Assembly (NCBI GenBank): GCA_964391345.1
Contig: CAYMKZ010000002.1
Location: forward strand, 69 to 64,068
Source: an uncultured Alcanivorax sp.
Lineage (GTDB): Bacteria > Pseudomonadota > Gammaproteobacteria > Pseudomonadales > Alcanivoracaceae
Direction of reading: 5' to 3'
DNA length: 64,000 nt
In this document: piece after piece, positions 19,417-30,568 of the stretch
Numbering within the stretch: the first letter of the stretch is position 1
Layout of the letters: every line of letters begins with the position of its first letter
Program-made: the position numbers and the translations under genes
The notes under the pieces: generated by a model
Told to the model about the DNA's origin: nothing
The model's input: only the letters and a program-made list of their open reading frames with translations
Databases searched by the model: none

Positions 19417-20310
19417 TCAGTCCCGGTAACGCTTGACCAGATCCTGATAAGCATCGATGCGGCGGTCGCGCAGATAGGGCCAGATGCGCCGTACCGTTTC
19501 CGAACGCCGCTTGTTGATGTCGGCGATCAGCACGGTTTCGTCATCGCAGCTCGCCTGCGCCAGGAATTCGCCCTGTGGGCCGCTGATGAAGCTGTTGCCC
19601 CAGAACTGAATGCCGTCGTCGCCGTCCGGCGCTGCTTCGAAGCCGGTACGGTTGGCGACCAGCACCGGCAGCCCGTTGGCGATGCCGTGCGCGCGCTGGA
19701 TGGTGATCCAGGCGTCCTGCTGGCGTTGCTGTTCCGCCGGGTCGTCGTTGCGATCCCAGCCGATGGCGGTGGGGTAGAGCAGCAGTTCGGCGCCGGCCAG
19801 CGCCATCAGCCGGGCGGCCTCCGGATACCACTGGTCCCAGCACACCAGCACACCGAGCCGGCCGACGCTGGTGTCGATCGGCGAGAAACCGCTGCGCTGG
19901 TCGTTGCGCGGGGCGTCTCCCGGTGTGAAATAGAAGTTTTCGTAGAAGCCCGGATCGTCCGGGGTGTGCATCTTGCGGTAAATGCCCGCCAGGGTGCCGT
20001 CCTTTTCCAGCACCACGGCGGTGTTGTGATAGAGCCCCGGCGCGCGTTTCTCGAACAGGCTGCCGACGATCACCACCCCCAGTTCCCGGGCCAGCGCGCC
20101 GAGGGTGTCGGTGCTGGGGCCGGGGATGGTTTCCGCCAGATCGAATACCTCGGTGTCCTCGTTCTGGCAGAAATACAGGCTGCGATGCAGCTCCTGCAGC
20201 AGGACCAGCTCGGCCCCCTGGCCGGCAGCCTGACGGATCTGCGTCAGCGAGTGCGCCAGGTTGGCGTCCAGGTCGCTGCTGTTGCGTTGTTGAATCACGG
20301 CCACGCGCAT
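19417..20310 (-). CDS. Carbon-nitrogen hydrolase, N-carbamoylputrescine amidase (AguB)-like
   Basis: Nitrilase triad: LLQELH (E), YRKMH (K), VCWDQW (C); YPTAIGW; paired with an agmatine deiminase gene. Confidence 0.88.
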   Translation of the reverse strand: MRVAVIQQRNSSDLDANLAHSLTQIRQAAGQGAELVLLQELHRSLYFCQNEDTEVFDLAETIPGPSTDTLGALARELGVVIVGSLFEKRAPGLYHNTAVVLEKDGTLAGIYRKMHTPDDPGFYENFYFTPGDAPRNDQRSGFSPIDTSVGRLGVLVCWDQWYPEAARLMALAGAELLLYPTAIGWDRNDDPAEQQRQQDAWITIQRAHGIANGLPVLVANRTGFEAAPDGDDGIQFWGNSFISGPQGEFLAQASCDDETVLIADINKRRSETVRRIWPYLRDRRIDAYQDLVKRYRD

Positions 20311-20312
20311 GG

Positions 20313-21329
20313 TCAGTTTTCCTCCAGGGCCCCTTGCGGCAACTGCATGGTGACACAATGCAGGCTGCCGTGCTGCTCGATGAGTACCCGGCAGGGAATG
20401 CCCTGCACTTGGCGCGGGCCGGCCACGCTGGCCAGTGCCTGGATGGCGAGTTGGTCGGCGGGGCAGCCGTAAGTGGGCACCAGGATGGCCTGATTGGTGA
20501 TCAGGAAGTTGGCATAGGTTGCCGGCAACCGCTCGCCTTCATGGCTGTATTGGGGCTCGGCCATGGGTAGCGGCAGCAGGGTCAGATCGTGACGTTGCGC
20601 CAGCGCTTGCAATTCAGCCTCCATGGCCGCCAGCGCCGGGTAGTGGCTGTCGCCGCTGTCGCGGCACTGCACGTAGGCAAGGGTGGTGGGATTGACGAAA
20701 CGCGCCAGCGTGTCCACATGAGCGTCGGTGTCATCCCCTTCCAGGTGGCCGTGGTCCAGCCACCAGATGCGTTGCACTCCGAGCTGCTTCTTGAGCAACG
20801 CTTCCAGTTCCGCTTCATTGAGCGCCGGGTTGCGGTTCGGGTTGCGCAGGCACTGGCGGGTGGTCAGCAGCGTGCCCTGACCATCGGTGTCGATGGCGCC
20901 GCCTTCCAGCACCAGATCCACGGTTTCCAGCGGCACGCGCCAGGGCAGGGCGGCGTTCAGCGCGTTGTCGCGCGCCGCCGGAAACTTGTTGCCCCAGCCG
21001 GTGAAGTGGAAATCCAGCAGCCTGAACGTGCCATCCTGCTGCACGGCGATGGGGCCGAAATCACGGGCCCAGGTGTCGTCGTAGTCCGCTTCGACGATGC
21101 GCAGGTGGGTGGTGCGCGCGCCGGCTTCCCGCAGCCGCTGCCGGGCCTCGCCGGCCTGTTCGCTGTCGCGGCACACCAGCAGCACCCGTTCATGTTCGAG
21201 GATGGCGGTGATCAGTGCCAGATAGCAACGCTGCGCTTCATCCAGGCGCGCGGCCCAGTCGGTTCGGCAATCCGGCCAGGCCAGCAGGATGCCCCATTGA
21301 GGGTGCCATTCGGGTAGCAGATGACGCAT
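20313..21329 (-). CDS. Agmatine deiminase / peptidylarginine deiminase family protein
   Basis: PEWHPQ, DDTWARDFGP, LEGGAIDTDG, DDTDAHVD, PATYANF, GSLHCVT catalytic Cys. Confidence 0.92.
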   Translation of the reverse strand: MRHLLPEWHPQWGILLAWPDCRTDWAARLDEAQRCYLALITAILEHERVLLVCRDSEQAGEARQRLREAGARTTHLRIVEADYDDTWARDFGPIAVQQDGTFRLLDFHFTGWGNKFPAARDNALNAALPWRVPLETVDLVLEGGAIDTDGQGTLLTTRQCLRNPNRNPALNEAELEALLKKQLGVQRIWWLDHGHLEGDDTDAHVDTLARFVNPTTLAYVQCRDSGDSHYPALAAMEAELQALAQRHDLTLLPLPMAEPQYSHEGERLPATYANFLITNQAILVPTYGCPADQLAIQALASVAGPRQVQGIPCRVLIEQHGSLHCVTMQLPQGALEEN

Positions 21330-21574
21330 CGGACTTCGGGTTCCATTGGCGAAAAAACGTCAGTGGGTGGGCCGCCGTGATGCTGGCGGGCGTTAGCAGC
21401 CTGTTAACGGCGCGATTGTGTTCCCGGTCCATGGCAGCGTCAACCGCCGTGGACGATGAACCGGCTGCGAAAACGATAGAGGAACCGAACCGCTCTGGCC
21501 GTTGTCTTTGCTGGGTCGTCATTTTTAGCGGAATGATTGGCAGCCACAGCAACTTTAATGATTAAATGCGCGCC

Positions 21575-22810
21575 ATGTTTCGACCTTTTGCTCTGTTCGT
21601 GGGGCTGCGCTATACCGGCGCCCGCTCGCGCAACAGTTTCATCTCCGTGATCACTCTGATCTCCGCTCTGGGCCTGATGCTCGGCGTGGCGATATTGATC
21701 ACCGTATTGTCGGTGATGAACGGTTTCGACCGTGAGTTGCAAACCCGCATTCTCGGCATGGTGACGCATTTGTCCGTGCATGGCCGCGAGCCGATACACG
21801 ACTGGCATGCACTGGCGGACAAGGTGAAAAGCCAGCCCGGCGTGGAGGCGGTGGCGCCGTTCCGGCAGATGGAAGGTATGCTCACCTATCGCGGCAACGT
21901 GGCGGGGGGGCTGATCAATGGCATCGATCCGGCCGCCGAGCGCAAGGTTTCCATTGTCGGCGATGTGATGTGGCGCGGCAGTCTCGATGCGCTCAGCCCC
22001 GGTTCTTTCAATATCGTGCTGGGCTATGGTGTGGCGCGCAAGCTGGGGGCCAGCGTCGGCGACAAGGTGACGCTGGTGCTGCCCGAGGCGACCATTTCGC
22101 CAGCCGGCGTCATGCCGCGCTTCAAGCGCTTCACCGTGGCGGGCATCTTCCGCGCCCGCGCCCAGGTGGATTCGCTCTATTCCTACGTGAACGTGGACGA
22201 CGCCGCGCGCCTGCAACATCAGCCCGGTACCGTGGAAGGCGTGCATCTGCGCCTCAAGGATCTGTTCAAGGCGCCGGAGATCGGCTGGCGGCTGGAGCAG
22301 CAACTGGGCGACGGCTATTACACCACGGACTGGACACGCACCCAGGGCAATCTGTTCCAGGCCATCAAGATGGAAAAGACCATGATGACGCTGCTGCTCA
22401 GCTTCATCGTCGCGGTGGCCGCCTTCAACATCATTTCCAGCCAGGTGATGCTGGTCACCGAGAAACGCGGCAATATTGCCGTGATGCGCGCCCTGGGCGC
22501 CTCTCCGGGCACCATCATGCGCATCTTCATGGTGCAGGGTACGCTGATCGGCGTGGCCGGCACGCTGGCCGGCACCGCTTTGGGGGTACTGCTGGCGCTC
22601 AATGTCAGCGATCTGGCCGGCTGGATACAGAACACCTTCGACGCCAACCTGTTTTCCGCCTATTTTGTCAATTATCTGCCGTCGCAACTGGAATGGGGCG
22701 ATGTCGGCGTGATCGTGCTGATCGCGCTGCTGATCAGTTTCTCGGCGACGCTTTACCCCTCCTGGCGGGCAAGCCGGGTGCGGCCGGCGGAGGCCTTACG
22801 TTATGAGTGA
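21575..22810 (+). CDS. lolC: Lipoprotein-releasing ABC transporter permease LolC/LolE
   Basis: [38 protein letters not shown]; alternative start 21566. Confidence 0.92.
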   Translation: MFRPFALFVGLRYTGARSRNSFISVITLISALGLMLGVAILITVLSVMNGFDRELQTRILGMVTHLSVHGREPIHDWHALADKVKSQPGVEAVAPFRQMEGMLTYRGNVAGGLINGIDPAAERKVSIVGDVMWRGSLDALSPGSFNIVLGYGVARKLGASVGDKVTLVLPEATISPAGVMPRFKRFTVAGIFRARAQVDSLYSYVNVDDAARLQHQPGTVEGVHLRLKDLFKAPEIGWRLEQQLGDGYYTTDWTRTQGNLFQAIKMEKTMMTLLLSFIVAVAAFNIISSQVMLVTEKRGNIAVMRALGASPGTIMRIFMVQGTLIGVAGTLAGTALGVLLALNVSDLAGWIQNTFDANLFSAYFVNYLPSQLEWGDVGVIVLIALLISFSATLYPSWRASRVRPAEALRYE

Positions 22811-23507
22811 TGTGGTGTTGGCCGCCCGTGGCTTGCGCAAGGTGTACAAGCAGGGCCACAGCGAGCTGGAAGTGCTGGCGGGCGTGGAGTTCACGGTAAG
22901 GCGCGGCGACATGGCGGCGATCATCGGCTCTTCCGGGTCGGGCAAATCGACGCTGCTCAACCTGCTGGGCGGACTGGACGCGCCCAGCTCCGGCAGCGTC
23001 GAAATCGGCGGCCAGCCGCTGGACGGGCTCAACGAACGCGCGCTGGGGCGCATGCGCAACCGCTACCTGGGATTCGTCTACCAGTTTCACCATCTGCTGC
23101 CGGAGTTCACGGCGCTGGAAAACGTGGCGACCCCGCTGCTGATCCGTGGCCTGAAGCCCGCCCTTGCCGCCGAACGCGCCGAGCATCTGTTGGCGCAGGT
23201 GGGTCTGGGGCAGCGTTTGCAGCACAAATACGCCGCCCTCAGTGGTGGCGAACGCCAGCGGGTGGCCATTGCCCGGGCACTGGTGACCGACCCGGCGCTG
23301 GTGCTGGCCGACGAACCCACCGGCAATCTGGATGAGCGTACCGCTGCGCAGGTGCAGGATCTGATGCTGGAACTCAACCAGCGGCTGGGTACGGCGTTTC
23401 TGGTGGTGACTCACGACCATCGCGTGGCGGCGCGCTGCCAAAGCTGCCATGAGCTGCACGAGGGTCATCTGCGTGCGGTGGCCATTGCTGAACAGGCGCC
23501 GGCCTGA
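22803..23507 (+). CDS. lolD: Lipoprotein-releasing ABC transporter ATPase
   Basis: [50 protein letters not shown]. Confidence 0.94.
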   Translation: MSDVVLAARGLRKVYKQGHSELEVLAGVEFTVRRGDMAAIIGSSGSGKSTLLNLLGGLDAPSSGSVEIGGQPLDGLNERALGRMRNRYLGFVYQFHHLLPEFTALENVATPLLIRGLKPALAAERAEHLLAQVGLGQRLQHKYAALSGGERQRVAIARALVTDPALVLADEPTGNLDERTAAQVQDLMLELNQRLGTAFLVVTHDHRVAARCQSCHELHEGHLRAVAIAEQAPA

Positions 23508-23602
23508 AGCGGTAATTTCTTCCTTTCTTTGTACGTTATTTCCTACGGCAACCGTCTCTTTCGGCGGACCACCCTCCTTCCCGGTTTACGGCATTATCCC
23601 GT

Positions 23603-24124
23603 TCAGGGGTGCTCGCTGTTTGAGCGCCGCCGCTGACGTGCCCGGCGGCGCCAGCCGATCACCACCGACAGCCGCCACAACAGCCGCACCGCCAGCCAGG
23701 CGCAGAGCCCACCGAGCAGCCCGGTGACCAGGGAACCGACCCACAGCGGCTCCAATTGTTCGACCAGCCAGCGGATGTCGATGCCGTCGGGTGGGTAGGG
23801 CGGCAACCCCAGTATCCAGGCGCCCACCCGGTAGTTGGCGTAGCACAGGGGCACGAAGGTCAGCGGGTTGGACAGCCACACCAGGGCGGCCGACAGGGGC
23901 AGATTGCAGCGCAGACGGATGGCCAGGATGGCGGCCACCGCCATCTGCATGGGCATCGGCAGCATGCTGCTGAATACGCCGATGAAGGCGGCGCCGGACA
24001 GCGATCGCCGGTTCAGATGCCAGAGGTTCGCATCGCCCAGCCAGCGGTGCAGAAAACGCAATGATTTCTGCTCGCGGATACGCTCCGGCGATGGCAGATA
24101 ACGACGAAAGAACCGCTTGGACAT
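23603..24124 (-). CDS. DUF2062-family membrane protein
   Basis: LWHLNRRSLSGAAFIG, NLPLS, WLSNPLT; usual neighbour of lolD and comEC. Confidence 0.88.
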   Translation of the reverse strand: MSKRFFRRYLPSPERIREQKSLRFLHRWLGDANLWHLNRRSLSGAAFIGVFSSMLPMPMQMAVAAILAIRLRCNLPLSAALVWLSNPLTFVPLCYANYRVGAWILGLPPYPPDGIDIRWLVEQLEPLWVGSLVTGLLGGLCAWLAVRLLWRLSVVIGWRRRARQRRRSNSEHP

Positions 24125-24212
24125 GGCTTGGCCGCGATCGGGCGACGGCCGCTGCGGACGCCGCGAATCAGAACGTCGCCCATGGATGGTGAGCGACCCG
24201 GTGAGGGAGGCG

Positions 24213-26513
24213 ATGATAACAATAATAGGGCCGGCGATGCGATGCTGGGCGGCGGCAGCGGTGATCAGCCTGGCGGTGTGGAGTGGCGCGCGCTGGCCGC
24301 TGTTACTGATGACGCCGTTACTGGTGACTCGCTGGCGACGGCCCGCATCGCTGCTGGGCTTGTTGTATCTGGCGGGATTGCTGGCCCTGCATCAGGGGCT
24401 GGCGGCGCGCTTGCCGGAGTCGCTCAATGGTGTGACTTTGACGGTCACTGGCCGCGTGCTGTCGTTGCCGGAGGTGGAGACGGCGTGGCGATACGGTCAA
24501 CAGCAACAGCACCAGAAGCTGGTCGCCAGCGTGCGTCTGGCTGGCGATGATTCGCGCTGGCCGGGCGAGCACCGGGTGCGCCTGTCCGCCTGGGGGGATA
24601 TGACGGTGCTGCACGCCGGGGACCGGTTTCGTGGGCAGGTGCGGCTGTATTTTCCCCACGGGCTGTACAACCAGAGCGGGCCGGACTGGGCGCGTATCGG
24701 CCTGAGCCACCATATCGACGGCCATGGCAGCCTGCGCCGGATCGACCAGCGGCGCGGGCGTCCCTACAGCCTGGCGGCCTGGCGGCAGTACCTCGCCGCC
24801 CGCCTTCATCGGTTGCTGGCCGGCAGTCCTCTGGGGCAAGCGGTGATCCCCGCTTTGGTGGTCAGTGATCTGCGCGGCCTGGACGAGCCGCTGTGGACGC
24901 TGTTCCGCGATTGCGGCACCGTGCATCTGCTGTCCATCTCGGGGTTGCATCTGACCCTGGTGGCCGGGCTGTTCTGGTGGGCCGGGCGTTGGGCGGTGGC
25001 CCTGCTGCGGACGGTTTGCGGTGGGCTCGGGCGCGCCACCGACCAGCAATGGGGCTGGCTTTTCGCATTGGCCGGTTCCGCCGTGTACGCCGCGCTGGCG
25101 GGTTTCAATTTGCCGGTGTCACGGGCCTTGCTGATGGTGACAGTGCTGGCACTGTGCGGCTGGACACGCCGGCCCGCGGAGCTGGGACGCAGCCTGGGCG
25201 TGGCGCTGGTGGTGGTGCTGCTCCAGGATCCGCTGGCGGCGCTGTCGGCGAGCCTGTGGCTGTCGTTCACCGCCGTGGCGATGATCGCATTGGTCGGCGA
25301 GCATCGTGGCTGGCCACTCAGCCTGACGCTGCCGCCGGGCATGGCGGTGATGGGCTCCTGGCTTTTCCATACCTGGGCCTGGTGGAGCCCGTTGGCCAAC
25401 CTGCTGCTGGTGCCTCTGTACAGCTTTCTGGTGGTGCCGCTGGGGCTGCTGGGGGCTTTCAGCGGCTGGCAGGTTCCGTTGACCGCCGCCGCCACGGGGG
25501 TGGAGGCGTCGGTGGCGGTCATGCAATGGATCGATGATCTGCCGGTGCCGCCACTGGGCTCGCCTTACGGTCTGGCCGGCCTGCTGTTGCTCGGCGCGGC
25601 GCTATTGGCGGTGATGCCGGGCCGTCCTTGGCCGCGCCTGCTGCTTTGGCTGTGGCTGTTGCCCTGGTTATGGCCTGCTTCCCCGGCACCTGGCATCGGG
25701 CGTGTGGACATGGTGATTTTCGAGGTGGGTCAGGGGCAGGCGGTGGCCTTGCGCACCGCCCACCATCTGGTGCTCTATGACCTGGGGCCGCGCTGGCCGG
25801 GGGGCAATGCAGCCTCCCAGACGCTGATCCCCTGGCTGAAGCGGTTCCAACTGACGCCGGATCTGACTATCGTCAGCCACGGCGACGATGACCACGCCGG
25901 CGGCCTGCCGGCGCTGTCCGAGACTGGACGGCTGCTGAGCGGAGAGCCGGATCGGGTGCCGGGTTCCGCGCCTTGCCGCGCCGGGCAGCACTGGCGGTTC
26001 GATGGTGTTGATTTCACCATCCTCTGGCCTCATGACCCTCTCCGCTTGCCAGACACCGACAGACCCACCGGCAATAGCGCCAGCTGCGTGTTGCGGGTGC
26101 AGGCCGGCGCACAAAGCGCCCTGCTGACCGGAGACATCCCCCGGCAGGTGGAGTACCGGCTGCTTGGCTCGGTGGCGCCGGTCACTGTTTTGCTGTTGTC
26201 TCATCATGGCAGCAACAGCGCCACCTCGGCGGCCTGGCTGCGGGCCCTGCGGCCGCGCTGGGCAGTGGCCTCCGCCGGTTATGCCAACCCGTTTGGCCAT
26301 CCGCATCCGGCGGTGCTGGCGCGTTTGCAGCGGGCCGGGGTGCGGGTTTTGCAGACCGCCCGCAGTGGCATGATTGTGTTTCGACTGGGTGGCCCGGATA
26401 ATGCGGCGCTAGTGACCCGCTGGCGCAGGGCGCATCCAAGGCCTTGGCAGACAGTGAAAGCCCGGGACGCGGACGGTGATCTTCAGCCACCGGGCAGTGC
26501 CGCATCTGACTGA
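24213..26513 (+). CDS. comEC: DNA internalization competence protein ComEC/Rec2 (start uncertain, 24213 or 24237)
   Basis: HLLSISGLH competence motif; SASLWLSF; MBL domain VGQGQA, YDLG, SHGDDDHAGG, SHHGS, NPFGHPHP. Confidence 0.9.
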   Translation: MITIIGPAMRCWAAAAVISLAVWSGARWPLLLMTPLLVTRWRRPASLLGLLYLAGLLALHQGLAARLPESLNGVTLTVTGRVLSLPEVETAWRYGQQQQHQKLVASVRLAGDDSRWPGEHRVRLSAWGDMTVLHAGDRFRGQVRLYFPHGLYNQSGPDWARIGLSHHIDGHGSLRRIDQRRGRPYSLAAWRQYLAARLHRLLAGSPLGQAVIPALVVSDLRGLDEPLWTLFRDCGTVHLLSISGLHLTLVAGLFWWAGRWAVALLRTVCGGLGRATDQQWGWLFALAGSAVYAALAGFNLPVSRALLMVTVLALCGWTRRPAELGRSLGVALVVVLLQDPLAALSASLWLSFTAVAMIALVGEHRGWPLSLTLPPGMAVMGSWLFHTWAWWSPLANLLLVPLYSFLVVPLGLLGAFSGWQVPLTAAATGVEASVAVMQWIDDLPVPPLGSPYGLAGLLLLGAALLAVMPGRPWPRLLLWLWLLPWLWPASPAPGIGRVDMVIFEVGQGQAVALRTAHHLVLYDLGPRWPGGNAASQTLIPWLKRFQLTPDLTIVSHGDDDHAGGLPALSETGRLLSGEPDRVPGSAPCRAGQHWRFDGVDFTILWPHDPLRLPDTDRPTGNSASCVLRVQAGAQSALLTGDIPRQVEYRLLGSVAPVTVLLLSHHGSNSATSAAWLRALRPRWAVASAGYANPFGHPHPAVLARLQRAGVRVLQTARSGMIVFRLGGPDNAALVTRWRRAHPRPWQTVKARDADGDLQPPGSAASD

Positions 26514-26565
26514 ACAACACTTTGCTGAACAGCACCGATTTCAACAAAGCCACTGATGAGGGCGA

Positions 26566-28317
26566 ATGAGCCAACTACCGGATGACTCCTGGCAGACCTA
26601 CAAACGTCTTCTCGGATATGTGAAACCCCACTGGCTGTTTCTTGTCGCCAGTATCGTCGGCTATGGCATTTACGCCGCCACGCAGGCGGCGGCCGCGCAA
26701 CTGGCCGGCTATCTGGGTGAAACCATCATCAACCCCACCAATTTCCGTGTGCTGGTGGTTTCGGTGGCGCCGTTCGTGATTGCGCTGGTGCAGGGCATCG
26801 GCCAGTTTCTCGGCAGCTATTCGCTGACCTGGGTGTCCCAGGAAGTGGTCTACCGGTTGCGCAATGACGTGTTTGGCCATGTCTTGCGGTTGCCGCAATC
26901 GGAGTACAGCAACAACGCTTCCGGACGCATCATGTCGAAGATCATCTTCGACGCCCAGCAGGTGACCAGCGCCGGCACCGACGCGATCATGATCGTGGTC
27001 CGCGAGGGCTTCACGGTGATCGGGCTGGTCGGCTTTCTGCTCTGGCAGAACTGGAAGCTGACCTTGATATTGCTGATCGTCGGCCCGGTCATCGGTTTGA
27101 TCGTCAATACCACCAGCCGCCGTTTCCGGCGCATCAGCCGGCGGATTCAGGCCTCCATGGGCAACATCACGCAGTTTCTCGGCGAAGCCATCGAGGGCAA
27201 TCAGGCGGTGAAAATTTTCGGCGGCCAGGCTCAGGAAGCCAACCGCTTTCATGCGGTCAGCCGCCGTTTCGCCAAGCAGAACACCAAGCTCAATGCCAGC
27301 AAGATCGCCGCCACTGTGGGTGTGCAGCTGTTCGTCGCCATCGGTATCGGCGTGATCACCTATCTGTACATCAAACTGATGGGTGAACAACTGACGGTGG
27401 GCGGCTTTCTTTCCTATATCGCCGCGGCGGGCATGGTGCAAAAGCCGCTCAAGCAGCTGACCAACGTCAACGTGAAAATCCAGCGTGGCCTGACCGGCGC
27501 GGCGTCACTGTTCGAGCTGATGGACCGGCCCGCGGAGGTCGATGAAGGGACGCGCGAGCTGCCGCGTGCCCGTGGTGATATCGAGTTCCGCAATGTCACT
27601 TTTGGTTATGACCCGCAAAAACCGGTGCTCACGGACCTGAGTTTCTCGGTCAAAAGTGGCGAGACGGTGGCGCTGGTGGGGCGCTCCGGCGCCGGCAAGA
27701 GCACCATTTCGGCGATGATTCCGCGCTTCTTCGATCCCGATCAGGGACAGGTACTGCTGGATGGCGTGCCGGTGCCGGAGTACCAGCTTGCCCATCTGCG
27801 CCGCCAGATTTCCATGGTCAGCCAGAAAGTGGTGCTGTTCAACGACTCGGTTCGTCACAACATCGCCTATGGCGAAATGCGCGACGCCAGTGAGGAACAG
27901 ATAGAAGAAGCCGCGCGCCGCGCCTACGCCTGGGATTTCATCGAAGGTCTGGAGCAGGGGCTGGACACCGAAGTGGGGCAGGACGGCTCCCAACTTTCCG
28001 GCGGTCAACGCCAGCGGGTGGCGATTGCGCGCGCGTTGTTGAAGGACTCCCCGGTACTGATTCTCGACGAGGCCACCAGCGCCCTGGATACCGAGTCCGA
28101 GCATCACATCCAGCAGGCGCTGGAACGGCTGATGAAAGGCCGCACCACGCTGGTCATCGCGCACCGCTTGTCGACCATCGAGAAAGCGGATCGCATTCTG
28201 GTGCTGGATCAGGGGCGGCTGGTGGAACAGGGCACGCACGCGCAGTTGCTGGAGAAGAACGGGCTTTATACGCAGCTGCACAGCATGAATTTCGCCGATA
28301 GTGGCAGCCATGGCTGA
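26566..28317 (+). CDS. msbA: Lipid A export ABC transporter MsbA
   Basis: TM domain plus GRSGAGKST, LSGGQRQR, ILDEATSALD; upstream of lpxK. Confidence 0.92.
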   Translation: MSQLPDDSWQTYKRLLGYVKPHWLFLVASIVGYGIYAATQAAAAQLAGYLGETIINPTNFRVLVVSVAPFVIALVQGIGQFLGSYSLTWVSQEVVYRLRNDVFGHVLRLPQSEYSNNASGRIMSKIIFDAQQVTSAGTDAIMIVVREGFTVIGLVGFLLWQNWKLTLILLIVGPVIGLIVNTTSRRFRRISRRIQASMGNITQFLGEAIEGNQAVKIFGGQAQEANRFHAVSRRFAKQNTKLNASKIAATVGVQLFVAIGIGVITYLYIKLMGEQLTVGGFLSYIAAAGMVQKPLKQLTNVNVKIQRGLTGAASLFELMDRPAEVDEGTRELPRARGDIEFRNVTFGYDPQKPVLTDLSFSVKSGETVALVGRSGAGKSTISAMIPRFFDPDQGQVLLDGVPVPEYQLAHLRRQISMVSQKVVLFNDSVRHNIAYGEMRDASEEQIEEAARRAYAWDFIEGLEQGLDTEVGQDGSQLSGGQRQRVAIARALLKDSPVLILDEATSALDTESEHHIQQALERLMKGRTTLVIAHRLSTIEKADRILVLDQGRLVEQGTHAQLLEKNGLYTQLHSMNFADSGSHG

Positions 28318-29302
28318 CTGGCAGCGCTGTGTGGAACGGGCCTGGTATCAGGACAGTGCCTGGCTGACCCCATTGCGGCCGCTGGGCTGGCTGATTGGGC
28401 GAGTGGCCAGTGGCCGGCTGCGCCGCTTTCGTGAGTTGGCGGCCAGGCCGCCGGTGCCGGTGCTGGTGGTTGGCAACGTCACCGTCGGTGGCACCGGCAA
28501 GACGCCGCTGGTGATCGCGCTGGCGCGGCGCGCCCGCGAGCGTAGCCTGAATGTGGTAGTGATTTCCCGGGGTTATGGTGGTAAAACCGACGGCCATCCG
28601 CTGGTGGTGGCGGCGGAGGATGATGCCGGCCGGGTGGGGGATGAGCCGCTGCTGATCGCCCGGCGCGCTGGCGTGCCGGTGATCGTCGATCCGCAACGGG
28701 CGCGCGCGCTGGACAAGGCGGTGGCCGATTTCCGGCCTGATCTGGTGATCAGCGACGATGGTTTGCAGCATTACGCGCTGCCGCGCAGCGCCGAAGTAGC
28801 GGTGATCGATGGCCGCCGTGGCCTGGGCAACGGGCGTTGCCTGCCCGCCGGTCCCTTGCGCGAACCGGCAAAACGGCTCGATCTGGTGGATTTCGTGGTG
28901 GTCAACGGCGGTCATTGGCCGGGCGCCGTTACGCTGCGCCTGTTGCCGGATGAGCTGGTGCGGCTAAGCGATGGCGTACGCCTGGATGCCGCCACCTTTG
29001 CCCGGCGCCATGGTTCGGTGCATGGCGTCGCCGGCATCGGCAATCCGCAGCGTTTCTTTCACACGCTGACGGAACTGGGGCTGACGGTGACCACCCACGC
29101 TTTTCCCGATCACCATGTTTTCCGGGAGAGCGAACTGGGTTTCGCCGATGGCCGGCCGGTCATCATGACGGAAAAGGATGCGGTAAAATGCCGCGCCTTC
29201 AATAATGCGCGCCTGTGGACATTACCAGTGCGGGCCAGCCTGCCGGAAGGTGCCGTGGACAGCATGATTGATCGGGCCCTGGCCGGCCACGCTGATTGTT
29301 GA
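28310..29302 (+). CDS. lpxK: Tetraacyldisaccharide 4'-kinase
   Basis: [48 protein letters not shown]. Confidence 0.95.
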   Translation: MADWQRCVERAWYQDSAWLTPLRPLGWLIGRVASGRLRRFRELAARPPVPVLVVGNVTVGGTGKTPLVIALARRARERSLNVVVISRGYGGKTDGHPLVVAAEDDAGRVGDEPLLIARRAGVPVIVDPQRARALDKAVADFRPDLVISDDGLQHYALPRSAEVAVIDGRRGLGNGRCLPAGPLREPAKRLDLVDFVVVNGGHWPGAVTLRLLPDELVRLSDGVRLDAATFARRHGSVHGVAGIGNPQRFFHTLTELGLTVTTHAFPDHHVFRESELGFADGRPVIMTEKDAVKCRAFNNARLWTLPVRASLPEGAVDSMIDRALAGHADC

Positions 29303-29315
29303 TCGAGGAATGCAC

Positions 29316-30071
29316 ATGAGTTTCCTAGTGGTGATCCCCGCCCGCTATACCTCAACCCGGCTGCCTGGCAAGCCGTTGGCCGACCTGGCGGGGGCGCCGA
29401 TGGTGGTGAGAGTGGCGCAGCGCTGCGCGATGAGCAGTGCCGCCAGGGTGCTGGTGGCCACCGATGATGCCCGCGTGGCGGCGGCGGCAGGGGAGGCCGC
29501 CGAAGTGGTGATGACCCGTGACGATCATCTCTCGGGCACAGACCGTATTCAGGAAGTGGCTAATCAGCTTGGCCTGGCGGATGACGACATCGTGGTCAAC
29601 GTGCAGGGCGATGAGCCGCTGATTCCCCCGGCGGTGATCGACCAGGTGGCGCACAATCTCGCCGCCAACCCGGATTGCCGCATGGCGACGCTGTGCGAGC
29701 CGATCGAGCGTGCCGAGGATTTGTTCAACCCGAACATCTGCAAGGTGGTCTTTGCCGTCGATGGCCGGGCGCTGTATTTCTCGCGCGCGCCGATCCCCTG
29801 GCACCGTGACGCTTTCGCCAGCGAGCGGAGCCGGCTTGATGGCGGCCGCTGGTGGCGGCACATCGGCATTTACGCCTATCGCGCCGGCTTTTTGCATGAA
29901 TTCGTGCGCTGGGCGCCGGCGCCGCTGGAAAAACTGGAATCCCTGGAACAACTGCGGGCGCTGGCCAACGGCGCCGCGGTACATGTGGCGCCGGCCTGCG
30001 AGCCGGTTCCCGGTGGGGTGGATACGGAGGAGGATCTGCAACGCATGCGTCGGCTAATGGAGACCAAATAA
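29316..30071 (+). CDS. kdsB: CMP-KDO synthetase
   Basis: [51 protein letters not shown]. Confidence 0.95.
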   Translation: MSFLVVIPARYTSTRLPGKPLADLAGAPMVVRVAQRCAMSSAARVLVATDDARVAAAAGEAAEVVMTRDDHLSGTDRIQEVANQLGLADDDIVVNVQGDEPLIPPAVIDQVAHNLAANPDCRMATLCEPIERAEDLFNPNICKVVFAVDGRALYFSRAPIPWHRDAFASERSRLDGGRWWRHIGIYAYRAGFLHEFVRWAPAPLEKLESLEQLRALANGAAVHVAPACEPVPGGVDTEEDLQRMRRLMETK

Positions 30072-30568
30072 TGATAGAAAAAGAAACACCGATAGCCATT
30101 CTGTTCGTCTGTCTTGGCAACATCTGCCGCTCGCCGATGGCCGAGGCGGTATTCCGCGCGCGCGCGCGCAAGCGCGGGCTGGCTGGCCGCATCAGGATCG
30201 ACAGCGCCGGCACCGGCGACTGGCATATCGGCCAGCCGCCCGACCAGCGTGCTCAACTGGCGGCGACCAAACACGGTTACCGCTTGAGTGATCTGCGCGC
30301 GCGCCAGGTCAGCGCCAAGGATTTCGCCCGCTTCGATTACATTCTCGCCATGGACAATACCAATCTGGCGGACTTGCGTGCGCTCAATCCCGGAGGCGGC
30401 GGTGCCAAGCTGGTACGCTTTCTGGACGTCATGGAGCAGGGGCCCGAGGAGGTGCCTGATCCCTACCATGGCGAGGCGGACAACTTCGACCGCGTGCTCG
30501 ACCTGATCGAGCAGGGCTGCGACCGCTGGCTGGACCGCCTCGCCGGTCGGCGGAACGACGGCCGATGA
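30071..30568 (+). CDS. Low-molecular-weight protein-tyrosine phosphatase
   Basis: CLGNICRS P-loop, DSAGT, VPDPYH. Confidence 0.93.
   Translation: MIEKETPIAILFVCLGNICRSPMAEAVFRARARKRGLAGRIRIDSAGTGDWHIGQPPDQRAQLAATKHGYRLSDLRARQVSAKDFARFDYILAMDNTNLADLRALNPGGGGAKLVRFLDVMEQGPEEVPDPYHGEADNFDRVLDLIEQGCDRWLDRLAGRRNDGR

Noticed and set aside
23508-23602. Pyrimidine-rich gap between lolD and DUF2062 as a possible ncRNA or small ORF
   Set aside because: No convincing stem, known motif or ORF with an RBS could be identified.
29296-29316. No Trm112-like (ycaR) gene between lpxK and kdsB
   Set aside because: No space and no relic visible; gene content here varies among gammaproteobacteria, so not informative alone.
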